A stretch of 64,000 nucleotides of DNA from Blasia pusilla (lineage: Eukaryota). The position numbers and the translations under genes were made by a program. The notes beneath the pieces are model-generated. The model worked only from the letters and a program-made list of their open reading frames with translations. It made no database searches and was not told the DNA's origin. Positions 12,840 through 24,100 of this stretch are shown piece by piece (position 1 is the stretch's first letter; each line of letters begins with the position of its first letter). Where the stretch lies: the NCBI GenBank assembly GCA_050084515.1, contig CM114271.1, positions 26,288,001-26,352,000 of the forward strand. The letters run 5' to 3'.

Positions 12840-14140
12840 CATGGAGGATCTGGGAACGTTGAAGGGATCGGGGATCCGCATTGAGTTGTGGAGTGATACG
12901 CCGATCTTTCTGACGACCCTACTTATATAGTGATATGGAGAGGGCTCTGATTCAGAGTAGGAGCCAAGACTTGGTCGGAGCTAAACTAGTGGAGATGTCG
13001 CATGGGGAGTATGCATCTGCCACTGTCATGCCCGCCAATAAGGATGTGCATGGCAACAGGACGGATAGGCGGATGTGTGGGGGTTACTGACCTATCAATT
13101 GGCAGACGAAGTCCAATAGGTATGCCATGCCCACCCTTGAGGAGATCTTTGATGCAATTGGTCATGCAAAGGTCTTCAGTTCATTGGATTTGCGAGTCGG
13201 ATACCATCAGCTGCCTATTAGATTGGAGGACAGGCATAAGTGGACATTTTGGGGCATCGATCCTCACGGGAAGGATTGTTTGTATGAATGGTGGTTCTTA
13301 CCCTTTGGGTTAAAGAACGCCCTGGCTGAGCTTCAGAGGGTCATGGATAGGATCTTGGCTGGTCTGGATTTTCCTAGGTATGATATTGATGACATTGTAG
13401 CCTTTAGCGCCACGGTTGAGGAGCATGAGCGACATCTAGAGGAGGTGTTTCGATGATTGCAATTACAAGGCAAGTGCAAGTTCTTCTACGACCAGATTGA
13501 GTATTTGGATCATACGATATACCCAAGGAGGCCTTGGTATCTCACACACTCCACGCCCTACAGATATGAGCCATGTTCGCGCATTCATGGGATTGGCGAA
13601 CTTCTATCTGCGGTACGTCAAGGGATTCAATTCGATTGCGCAGCCGCTAACCTTGCTGACGAAGGTGGATCACGAGTGGCACTAGGGGGATGAGCAAGAG
13701 TGAGCATTTCAATTGCTAAAGGAGAGGTTGACGTCCGCGCCCATCTTGAGGAGACCGATCAGGGGGCGTCCTTTTCAGTTGCACACAGATTGGAGCATGT
13801 TGGGGCTTGGAGCGGTGCTCGCCTAGCATGATGATGAGGGTAGAGAGTTCATGGTGGCTTACGCTAGCCGCTCGAACAATGTTGCAGAGGCAAAGTACAA
13901 CTCGTATGAGGGTGAGTGCTTGGCTACAGTGTGGGGTGTCGCGCATTTCAGGTGTTACTTATTCCACAACCCCTTTACCATCATCATTGATCATCAACTA
14001 CATAAGTGGTTGATGGAGTCCGAAAAATTTATAGGGAAGCTTGCGAGATGGGCTCTGTTGTTGTAGGAGTATGATTTTTAGGTGGTACATAGACTTAGGA
14101 CGCTCAACCAAGATGCAAATGGGTAGAGTCGTAATTCATG
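12840..14140 (+). pseudogene. Gypsy reverse transcriptase and RNase H of copy 1
   Basis: AKVFSSLDLRVGYHQ, LPFGLKNA, YDIDDIVAF (~13380); VRAFMGLANFY; RNase H FQLHTDWSMLGLGAVL, VAYASRS, YEGECLA, KLARWALLL. Confidence 0.95.
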
Positions 14141-14329
14141 CCCAAGTCAACGAGATGCAACTGGATTTTAATGGCATGGAGAGAATGATGAGGAGTCAGT
14201 GCCAGGATGGCATGCATCAACCTATTTAGGCATGTTGGCTATGGAGAGCCAGAGTGTGGAGACTTCGATGGCGAGGTCTTGCGGAGAGTCCTTGGATCCC
14301 GAGGCCAGTGAGGAGACGACAAGTGGCCG

Positions 14330-15600
14330 AGATATTCATGATGATGGAGAAGTGTTGGAGTACCTTCGTACTAGCAGCGTTGCGAGCACCGTGGATGCTA
14401 GAGAGCAGGATTGGATCCTACAGCGGGCCTTACGGTTCTGTTGGGAGGGGACACATGTTTTGAGGGTTTGGGAGGATGGTAGAGTATATGTAGTGCCACA
14501 TCCTTTGCATAGAGTACGACTTTTGCAGCATGCCTACGAGGAGTTGGGTCACTTTGGAATGAAGCGGACGTACAGCTTCCTCCAGATTCAGTATTGGTGG
14601 CGAGGCATGCATACTGACGTTCAGTAGTTTGTTGTTAGGTGCATGGTGTGTTATCGGGTCCGAGCATCATTCAATGCTCTGACTCCACAATTGAATCCAT
14701 TCCCAATGATGGGCTTAGGGTATAGACAAAGTTTGGATTTTGCATAACCTTTGCCTTTGACGGAGCGTCACAGTAGTTATGTGTTGGTGATGGTCAAGCA
14801 CTTCTCGAAGTGGATCAAGTTGGTTACATTGCTTGACAAAGCGAGTGAGGGAGTAGCTTATGCCTTCCTTGATAGAGTGAAGAGTCATTATGGTGCACCG
14901 TTTGAGCTGTTGACAGACCATGGTACCGAGTTTCGCGGTGAGTTCCAAGCCTTGTGTCATCAGGCGTTGATCGACCACCGCACGACTTTGGGAGATCATC
15001 CTGAGGCGGATGGATTAGCGGAGAGAGTTGTGCAGAAGATGAAGAGGGGTTTACGTAAGTATGGCTTGCAAAGAGGTTACCTAGGAGATTGGGACCTCTA
15101 GTTGCCGTGGTTGGCGATGGGATACAAATTCAGCAGGCAGGCATCCTTAGCATCTTTTTCACCGTACTTGCTACTTTATGGCCGAGAGACAGATTTACCT
15201 TCAGCCATTCGTCGAGATGCTGGTGAGGTGCTGGACCTTGATGACCCCGATGTATGGATGCGAGCATGTTCTCAGAGGGTTGAGTTATTTCGGAGAGAGA
15301 TGCCCATGGCGTTTGAGAACTTGGAAATTACGCAACATCGAGATATGTTGAGGTATGCCACTATTTGGGATGGTGGTTATTGACCAACTATCTGGAGGTT
15401 TCATCAGGGAGATTATGTCTACTTGTAGCAAACGGCAGTGATGATGTTGGATGTGACTGCATGGCGCACTATCTTGAGAGTGTGTGACGTTTTGCCATCC
15501 GATGTTCTCTTGTCGCAGGGACGTGATGGTATAGTATGGAAGGACCATGTGCGTAATTGTGCGCCATGTCATTTTCCTAACATTGATGGTATAGTAGATC
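14330..15600 (+). pseudogene. DDE integrase of copy 1
   Basis: HAYEELGHFG...YWWRGM (Zn-binding region), HFSKWI, LTDHGTEF, HPEADGLAERVVQ, SPYLLLYGR. Confidence 0.93.
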
Positions 15601-15624
15601 CGAGCTAAATACTAGTTTCTGCAG

Positions 15625-15790
15625 GCTTGCGTTATATGTTGTGTGGTTCTGCTCGTGGTGCCATCCCAAATAGTGGCTGACCTCCCACCACGATGCTAGT
15701 CTGTGATGGATGTTCGAGAGGCTGGCATATGGCATGTCTGACGCCACCACTCACTAGGGTTCCCCGGGGACGATGGATGTGTCCTTGATG
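15625..15790 (+). pseudogene. C-terminal PHD finger fused to the integrase (copy 1)
   Basis: YMLCGS...[32 protein letters not shown] matches the C4HC3 pattern; the first Cys is not intact in any copy and this copy has a short insertion. Confidence 0.88.
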
Positions 15791-15985
15791 TATATAGAGG
15801 AGATACTAGGTAGGTTTTGATTCGATATTTTTATGTGACACGGATGACAGGAATGCGACTAACGATGGGGCCACATGAGCACCACGTCTTTCTGCTCTTT
15901 GCGTCCTAGAGATGTATGTCGTGGTAGGTAGGGATAGATGGCTATTTGGAGTTAGAGGGACCTAACCACTAGCCAAGGGGGATTG

Positions 15986-16108
15986 GAGATATTTTGGTAC
16001 TTCTCGCCTCTATGTATGGAGGCCATGAGTTAGCATGGAATCGTGTGTGTTTGTGTGTGTGTTCGATTAGACGATGTATGTTGTGTAGCGATGTGTATGC
16101 GTACGACA
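15986..16108 (+). repeat. Repeat B1 of copy 1 (~120 bp)
   Basis: gagatattttggtacttctcgcctc...gcgtacgaca; direct repeat of 16630-16747. Confidence 0.92.
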
Positions 16109-16110
16109 TG

Positions 16111-16624
16111 TGTCACAACTATTAGGATAAATCGGTCGGATCTAGCAGAGTGTCTGCATGAGTAGTGGAGGACAGGCCCAAGAGGTCGAGGATGACTTGT
16201 TGATGCCTCGGGAAACCTGAGAGAGCATGTTTCCCCTTTGTTTCGGCTCATTTGGAGCCATATATATAAACTTACTATTTCGGGTAAGTTCCCATGTTTG
16301 AGATAGTTGACTTTACAATTTGGGAAGTGGCCCTTGACCCACTATAGTAGGTCAAGAGCCAAGGAGGTGACCTATGAACATAGGTTACCGTTGAGAGGTC
16401 TTGGGAGAGGGAAGGGGATATACCTCTAAGAGAGATAAAGCTTGAGAGCTCATTCTCTTTTTGTTGAACCTCTTGGCATAAGGAGGCGGAGTTATGGTCC
16501 CTTGCCTTGTGAGTGTAACCCAAGCCTCTCATTAGGAGAGTAGGTTTGGTTTGACATGAGAGAGAGTGCACACCTTTGAGAGCTATGGTGTGAGATGGTG
16601 TAGAGAGAGATTGGATCTTACTTT
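16111..16624 (+). repeat. Repeat A2 of copy 1
   Basis: Starts TGTCAC; colinear with 6520-7010 and carries an extra ~24 bp that A1 lacks. Confidence 0.92.
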
Positions 16625-16629
16625 AATTC

Positions 16630-16747
16630 GAGATATTTTGGTACTTCTCGCCTCTCTGTATGGATGCCATGAGTTAACATGGAATCGTGTGTGTTTGTGT
16701 TCGATGACAACGATGTATGTTGTGTAGCGATGTGTATGTGCACGATA
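16630..16747 (+). repeat. Repeat B2 of copy 1 (right terminus)
   Basis: Second copy of B, followed directly by the TSD ACCC. Confidence 0.9.
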
Positions 16748-18982
16748 ACCCATCTCTTATATGTAACTAGATAAGTCAAGTTGCTATTTAAGGGGATCAA
16801 TGCTATATCATTATATTGTACGTGTTTAAATCTACGATATGTATTCATGATATTTCAAACATGTTGGAGAGTTGAAGGCACTCTTCACGAGGATGGGTAA
16901 GGATTGAGAGTTGTACATACTAAGAAAATATCACAAGTAGCTTGAATACTATTCATTGATGCTAACCTTGAACATCAAAATAAGAAGTTGAATTCCAACA
17001 TGCAAGGATGGATGTTGAAGTAACTTTGTTAATGGTATGTTTATCAAACATGTGTGCAAGTACTCTATGTATTATTTTCAACATTCCTTATTATGAAAGG
17101 ATGTTTTAAAATGCATTACAGTCATTCATAATCAAAACGAATATATGAAAATATATTTCTCTATTGATAGTTTTTATGGCTTGCAATGCTTATATCTACC
17201 TTGGAATACATGGTACTACATATCTCTATGCATCCATGTTTGGATAACCCACACAAAAGGATTTTTGCACTTGAGATAGGAATGCAAACATCTCATCTCC
17301 ATTGTGGTCATGTTTAAAAGAAATTGGTGTCAACTCATGTAATGCATCACTTGTCACATGGAGTCAACAAAAATAAGCGTTTGAGTAGAACATGATATGA
17401 CCCATATTGCAAAATGGTGCACCAAAAGGAAAACAAATCAAGCTCCATGGGGGAATTTTACAATGTTTGTGTGACCCTCGTAACTAAACACACACCAACG
17501 TGGAACACGAAAACTCTATTGGACTCACAGTGAGATCGAAACATATCAAAGTCGTACGGGGAAGACATGAGTCTAACTCAAAGGAGGTTGCATCCTAGTT
17601 GGGAATCTGCCTGTCGTTCGAGGTGCTTTCCACATTGAAGTCATATGACCTCTACATAATTAAGACGTAGTTGAGATGAAGAAAGTTGGGTTTGAAATTT
17701 TGCAAAAGTCAGTGCTCCTATAACAAAGTTCCAAAGTATCAAACAAAAATAAGTCAAAGTAAGGGATCACAATTACATGAATTATAGTTTGGATTGGGGA
17801 CCAAGGATAGGAGGGGAAGATCTGAGAGGGAGTTTGGAGCAAGCATGAATCACATCTAAATTGGAAACATTGCGAGTTGATATATTTTTTCCTCACATAA
17901 GACCACATGATCCACAACTTTTAACAATTAATGTCCGTAGAGCACAATATATTCACATTTCATATTTGCATAAAGGTTTTGGTTGGAGAGCTACTATTAT
18001 AAAATTTTCTATCTTCAATAGGGAGCCCTCCTGCTTGAGGTGTATTTATATTTTACTTAAACTTATCTCTATTATAATAAGATTCCACATTGTATTTTTC
18101 GTATTTGTGCTTGCTCAAACAATAAAATCCGTTCCACTGCATTGTCTCCTCATTGGGATATCTATCCTTGTTCACTAATTCCTTATATATCTAGTTGCTC
18201 TATCTCACAGTTCTACTCATACTCCTAGTTGCTAAGACAATACTCCCTTTAAAGCATGATATTCCTTGTTTCCAACATGTTAACACCTAGTTTGCTATTG
18301 GATCAAGTTTGTGAGTTGGACCTTATATCTATTAAAGTAGTTTTTTATGAGATAAAATTTATAAGAATGTATCATCTCACTACTATTCCTTTGTTGAATC
18401 TAATCATGCGTGAGACATCCCAACTCAATAGATCAAGATATGCTTACTTCCTTTGGTTTATCGGCATCCGACGTTACTCACATCTTTGTAGATCTAGTGT
18501 TACTTACGAGCCCCGCCTATCAAAAACCACTTTAGATGCCTCTAAGCACGGTATCACTTTTGACACTTTTGTATCAAGTATCTCAGAAAATTTATAGTCC
18601 CTCTCTCTCGATCCATGGATTTTTTCTATTTTATAAATCATGTTTAATATGGTTCAATGTATCAAGAGTCAAGTTTTTTTATTAGTTTCAAAGTGGTAGC
18701 TTTTCTCAATCTTATGCATGCATTCTAATTGGTGCTTAGCCCCAACTTATGTCATGGATTCCAAAGCTCATAAAACTTACACAAGGAAAAATAGAAGATG
18801 TTATATCAATATGTTTATAATGCTTGATTTTATCTCATGTCCCTTGCCTACCGACATGTCCTTTCTACTTTATGTTTCTTGACTTATTCTTCTTGTATAC
18901 GATATCCAAGCCTTTGTTTCTTTTAATTACAAAAAGGTATAGTCTCTTTTCAAAGATTGGAAAATACAAGGAATAGCCCATC

Positions 18983-20216
18983 TGTAACATTATAATTATC
19001 TCTTTGTATTGTACTTATCTTATATAGATATGATTCTTCTTTACATTTAGAATTAGTATCAAATAAACATCGACGGATCTTGACAAATAAGCATCGACAA
19101 ATCTTGAAAGATGGTAGTATTGAGGCGATAACTTATTTATAACATCGAACACATAAATTCATAATTATAAAGTCCTTGTAAACTATTTTTCGCTTGTGGA
19201 GAAGAAAACTAACAGAACTAGTGTTAAACCCTTCCCGAACAGGCCTATTAACATCCATGGATCACTATATAAGAACTTCAATGGACAATCCCATGTCCTC
19301 CCATACGTGAAAATAGGAAAAATCACAAGAGTTGGAGATTGCATGACCTAGTTTATGAATTCCTCCCCAAAGTGGTAAACTAGATAGCGACTAAATGAGT
19401 GCTTATCTACAAAGAGAATGGTCACGTGGTATGCGTTAAGGAAAGGAAAATTATGTACAATTTGTGCTCCATCCCTTCCCTACTTGACGGGCATCCTCTA
19501 CTCTCTTCAATAATGGGTTGTGGCGAGTTGCTCTTGCAAGAGGGGTAATCCACTCTCATTGGGAAACTAACAAGCCTAAAACCCATCCATTATCTATAGT
19601 ATGACTAAACTTCCCTAAGATGACAAATCTCTCATCTTCACACTTACCATACTCTATAAATCTCTAGAAGAATAGACCATAATCAAATTACTCTCCAAAG
19701 AGGGGTAATACACTCTCATTGAAAGAGCAAGCAGACCCAATACCATCCACGCAATAGTGATACAATAACTCAAGAAATGAAGTAGAAGGTGATGAACCCT
19801 TGAAGGTCTTTCCTCTTTGTATACTCATAAGAGATCCACAACAGTACAAAATAAGGCTAATGTTATCTTGTGCCATATGGCTTCCTCCCAAAGCTTAGTC
19901 AATCACATTTTGACACAAGTAGATAACCTCTTATCTCTTCCAAAATCTCCTCTTTTACTCACTTCATATATTTCAAAGTATCCCAACTACCCTAGCCACT
20001 AACCAACACTACTTTTTATTTTCTTTCATTAATGCACTAATCCCACTACTTTACTTTTATAGTCTCATGTTTAATTTATTATCTGTTTTCCTAAAGTTGG
20101 ACGTGCATAAAAGAAGCACCATAAAGAGCTTTAAACATGGAAATTTCTTTTTCCTAAGCTTATTTACTTAATATTAATAAAGCTCTCTCTAACACTTAAT
20201 GAGATAAGAGTTAACA
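18983..20216 (-). mobile_element. 3' LTR of a second Gypsy family
   Basis: On the minus strand it starts TGTTAAC and ends GTTACA, just downstream of an integrase relic. Core ~19110-20000 is homologous in inverted orientation to ~41520-42400. Confidence 0.65.
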
Positions 20217-20291
20217 TAGTGGGTCCCTTCAAACATGCACATTCTCAATATGTGCCAAAAATATTGAGACTTCTTGCTATTTTTCTCACAC

Positions 20292-21400
20292 TTATTTTGT
20301 ATGTGTCTGTAGACAGATTGAATTGAAATCAATAAATCCCTCACATCTACAAAAAATTTTGATTTCTTTTCCTACAATGGGCAGCTTGAGAATTGTGCCA
20401 TCTAGTTCACATAGTTTATAAGTGGTATTATCGAAAACAAAGACTACAACATATGGACCAAACCAATGACGTGCAAACCTCTTAATTGTAATAGGCTGGT
20501 TTTCAAGGTTTTTGCGGTGCACCAAAACCCAATCTAATTCTCTTATAGACTCCTTCCAAAGTCCATGAGTTTTGTCGAAGCGTTCATTATTTTTCAACAT
20601 TGCTTCCTTCATATTGACTTATGCTTCTGCGATATCTTCTTCACGCCGCTCTAGCTGTTGTATTCAAAGTGCCAAGAGCTCTTCCCTATCGAGCCTGCCC
20701 TCCGACGAAGAATCCATCCAAGTAGGAATATCTCCTTCTGTTGGTATTATTGGCATTTGACCTATAATCAACTCTATAAGCATGAAACATACACCGATGT
20801 TGTGAGTGGTTCTATTTGCCCAAAAAGAAAATGGAAGCAATATAGGATAATCAACATAATAGTCTCCATACGCTTTTACCAATGTTTGAATTATTGGAAG
20901 ATATCCCCTTGTGCTCTTGCCGTTTGCCTCTGGTTTCATGGATGTTATTAATCCTGGTTGGACTCCATACTTCTTGAAGAACTCTTATGCTTCCGTCATA
21001 TTCAACTCACTTCTATCTGCAAGGATTCTCCCGACACTCCGATGGCGAGCAACAATCGCCTCTAGAATAAAATGACATATAGGCTGTGTTGTTTAAGCTT
21101 GTAAAGCCTTCCCTTCTACAAAGTCGGTTAATTCTTGTCATGCTAGGACTAGGTAGTGCATTCTCCAAAGACCTAGTGGCAAAGCAACTATATCTATAAC
21201 CCACTGATGATGAATAGACAAAGGATACGTGGGTTTAAGTCCATATTTTATCTTTCTTTTTCTTTTCTTTATTTGACATTCAACACATGACCCAACAACA
21301 ATATCCTCTAGAATAAAACAACATATAGACTATGTTATTTTAGCTCATAAAGTCCTCCCTTCTACAAAGTTGGAAAACTCTTTCAGCTTTCATTGCAATC
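20292..21400 (-). pseudogene. Gypsy integrase relic (second family) with GPY/F motif
   Basis: PEANGKSTRG, WANRTTH, WFGPYVV...YKLCELDG. The segment at ~21300-21375 duplicates ~21056-21127. Confidence 0.8.
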
Positions 21401-21439
21401 ACAACTCCCCAAAGGTCCTTCTTTACCTGAGGGTATCTC

Positions 21440-22260
21440 CTTTATCGTTCCGTGAGTGTACGAGCTCAAGATGGTCTCCATCTTGAACTTCAGTTCTTTA
21501 GAGTCTCAATATTTGCATTTGTTTGAAATGCACATAATATAAAGAAACATCATCAATAATGACACATGGAAAGTTGGATGGATCTTAAATTCTTATGGCA
21601 GCTTCAATGTATAAACATCCTCAAATAGGTTTGCATTCTCATGTTGTTGCATCTGGGCTAACAAACCTTTTTCCATTGCTTGTCAAATTTTTGCCAATGT
21701 AGATCTCTTTAAAAAGGCTAGGTCAAGAGGCCCTTGAGGCTCCCATCCATTCGCCAAAAGAAACAAAGATTGTCCTATTACATTATGGTCGGTCTAGTTG
21801 TAACTATACTCTCCCATACTTATCCACCTTACTAAGTCTTGTTGGTCTCTACTTACATAATTTCTGAAGTATTGATTCCCAATCAAGTTTACTCTTTCCG
21901 TTTGCCCGTTCGTTCGAGGATGAAACGTGATACTACAACTCACCTTCATCCTCAATCTTTTAAAGAGGTGCATGAAAAAGGAACAAGTAGACTAAGGATC
22001 TTGTTTTGAAAAAATACTCTTTGGTAACCCATGTGTTTGCCACCTGATATCCAATAGGATTCGCAAATTTGCATAGGCTGTTATATAATCCATTATTGGG
22101 ACAAACCTTCCCATTTTCCTCCACCAATCAACTATCATAATTATAGCATTATGTCGATCAAACTCTATAAGACTCGTAATTAAATCCATATTTATACTTT
22201 GCAAGGGCCCTTATGGAATGGACAATGGGTGATACGACGCGTCACACATGTCTTTACAAA
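21440..22260 (-). pseudogene. Integrase relic of a third, Tf2/chromovirus-like Gypsy
   Basis: SINMDLITSL...MIVDW...HGLPKSIFS..DP; HPRTNGQTERVN...QYFRNYV. Confidence 0.75.
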
Positions 22261-22329
22261 CTGAGCAACATCCTCCTTCATGTTGCGCTTGGAAGCTCTT
22301 AATTAGTCAAAATAGCCATGGTGGATTTA

Positions 22330-22900
22330 TCTCCTTTATGTCTTGCCCATGATCTATCACGACACTCGATCAACACGTTTGTCCACAACTTATCCTTAAA
22401 AAGAAAGATACATCGCAGCTTAAAGCTTAGTGATCCATGCTTCAAACTTAAGTTAGCCAACTTCTCTCTCTGCTTCAACTTCCTTAAGAACTCCCCTTCT
22501 TCGGTATCCTTGTATATCCCTCACAGATCCTTCTCTCCAAATTTGTTTCCTCGGAGAATATTGCTCTAAAGACTGATGACTTTGATAGCATGTATTCATC
22601 AAGAATGACATTATATTTCCATGGCTTGTAGAGTTGCTCCATATTCATCAATGCCAAGGTATCTTGTCTTGATCTTGTATCTACAAATTTTTGAATGATA
22701 TAATATAAATGAACATTCAAATATGATGAAGTCCCAAGTTACGACACCTCTTCCTCGAGCAATGAACCACTTTGAAAAACTCTTTCTCATGAGTGGCCAC
22801 ACGTTTTTGGCGTTGCTAAGATTCTTGCTTTTGTATGTTATAGGTCTCCCTTCCTACACCAACATTCGTTTCTCTTTTTCTATGGTCAGGGTGATTCAAT
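22330..22900 (-). pseudogene. Probable Gypsy gag relic
   Basis: Broken ORFs 22484-22802 (SFSKW...FVDTRSR...LEQL-like) resemble retrotransposon gag; weak. Confidence 0.35.
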
Positions 22901-23900
22901 ATCTTAAACTAAATCTATACCAAGCAAGGAGGATATTGATCGGTTAAGAATTTATGAAGAGATTTGAATGGAACAAGTGAAAGAAATCAAGGCTCGAGAA
23001 GTCGTCATCTTTGGTAGTGTTGAATGTTTTCTTTGGTAAGTGTAAATATGTGGGTTGGTTTGCTAGACCCATAGATCCTTGAAAGCAATTCCCATAGTTA
23101 CTTGTGATCTACCCACTCTAATTGCATGTTTTGCTCCTTGTTGCATTATGAAGTTAGAAAAAATGTATACCTTGTGCTAGGAGAAAAAAGGTGGTTTTTA
23201 CTTGGTCGAGTGAGAGAAGGTACCTCTAAAGAATATGGGAGGAAGGTTGGCAACATCTTTCAATTTTTTTGTAGAGTTGGAATTTTACTTTGGCTCAAGT
23301 CTTGACCCACATCTCGACATGATAGACAAAAAAAAGGACATGTAGGAAAAAGTACATGAATAGTATCCCTCCCATAGTCCTTCGCATCATCCACGGGTAT
23401 TTTTTTTGTCCACCCATGTGTGCATTTTCTTTCCATCTTCTATTAGGAATGGTCATCCTCTCGAGGTTGGGAGTTGTCGGAGCCCTGCTGATGTTTATTA
23501 TCTAAACTTGATTCTTAGATAGACGAGGTCAAACAATGCAAAAGGATAGATTGAAACCTCGTTGCAAAAAAATGCCAAATGGTTATAAAAAAACAAATTA
23601 AAATACTTATGATCCATGCCTCAATGATTTGGATTTGCGAACACATAGTAATATGGACTTGGCATGCATCAAAGTTGATAAATAATATCCGACGAGTATG
23701 GCTATAGTGACCAACAATATGAACGAATCCTACATATATGTTGGTGTGCCAAAATTGGATGTTAAATTCTCAAGAGGAAGATAGGTCAACTCTTGAAAAC
23801 CAAATTAGTATTCAATGAATGCATATTGAGTAAGGGAAGGGATAGAACCAAGAGTCCCTTTCCAGCCTAAGGCCAAGGGTCTCCAATTGCAAAGGATGAT

Positions 23901-24100
23901 TGTTACGTATATTAGGATAGATAGACGAGACCTAGTATGGCACCTTTGAGGATAGTGGAGGATAGTCTCAATAGGTCAAGGATGACCTCCTAAGATGTCT
24001 CGATATTTGGATGCTATGAGTTATCATGGGATCTTGTGTGTTTGTGTGTGTATTCGATGACAACGAGGTATTTTGTATAGCAATGTATATGCGTATGATG
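23901..24100 (+). mobile_element. Internally deleted solo A+B unit of the DNMT-Gypsy family with a 4-bp TSD
   Basis: First ~88 bp match the A start (tgttacgtatattaggatagat...ggtcaaggatgac); the rest matches B (...gcgtatgatg). TGAT flanks both sides (23897-23900, 24101-24104). Confidence 0.85.

Larger units (their letters stand above)
6520..16747 (+). mobile_element. Full-length decayed Ty3/Gypsy retrotransposon with DNMT3-like methyltransferase and PHD finger; split direct repeats A...B-A-B (copy 1)
   Basis: Starts TGTCAC at 6520 and ends CGATA at 16747 (TGACA in copy 2). ACCC flanks both sides (6516-6519, 16748-16751). Internal order gag-PR-DNMT-RT-RH-INT-PHD. Confidence 0.93.

Noticed and set aside
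16275-16571. Recurring short antisense ORFs in repeat A (also 44314-44688, 47125-47334, 56619-56909)
   Set aside because: They recur only because the repeat recurs; frames and ends differ between copies and no domain is recognisable.
15986-16747. DIRS/PAT tyrosine-recombinase element, suggested by the split repeats
   Set aside because: No tyrosine recombinase motifs seen; a protease, a DDE integrase and 4-bp TSDs are present.
17700-18900. Possible gag or zinc-knuckle relic on the minus strand
   Set aside because: Only a Cys-rich trace in heavily broken frames; not assignable.
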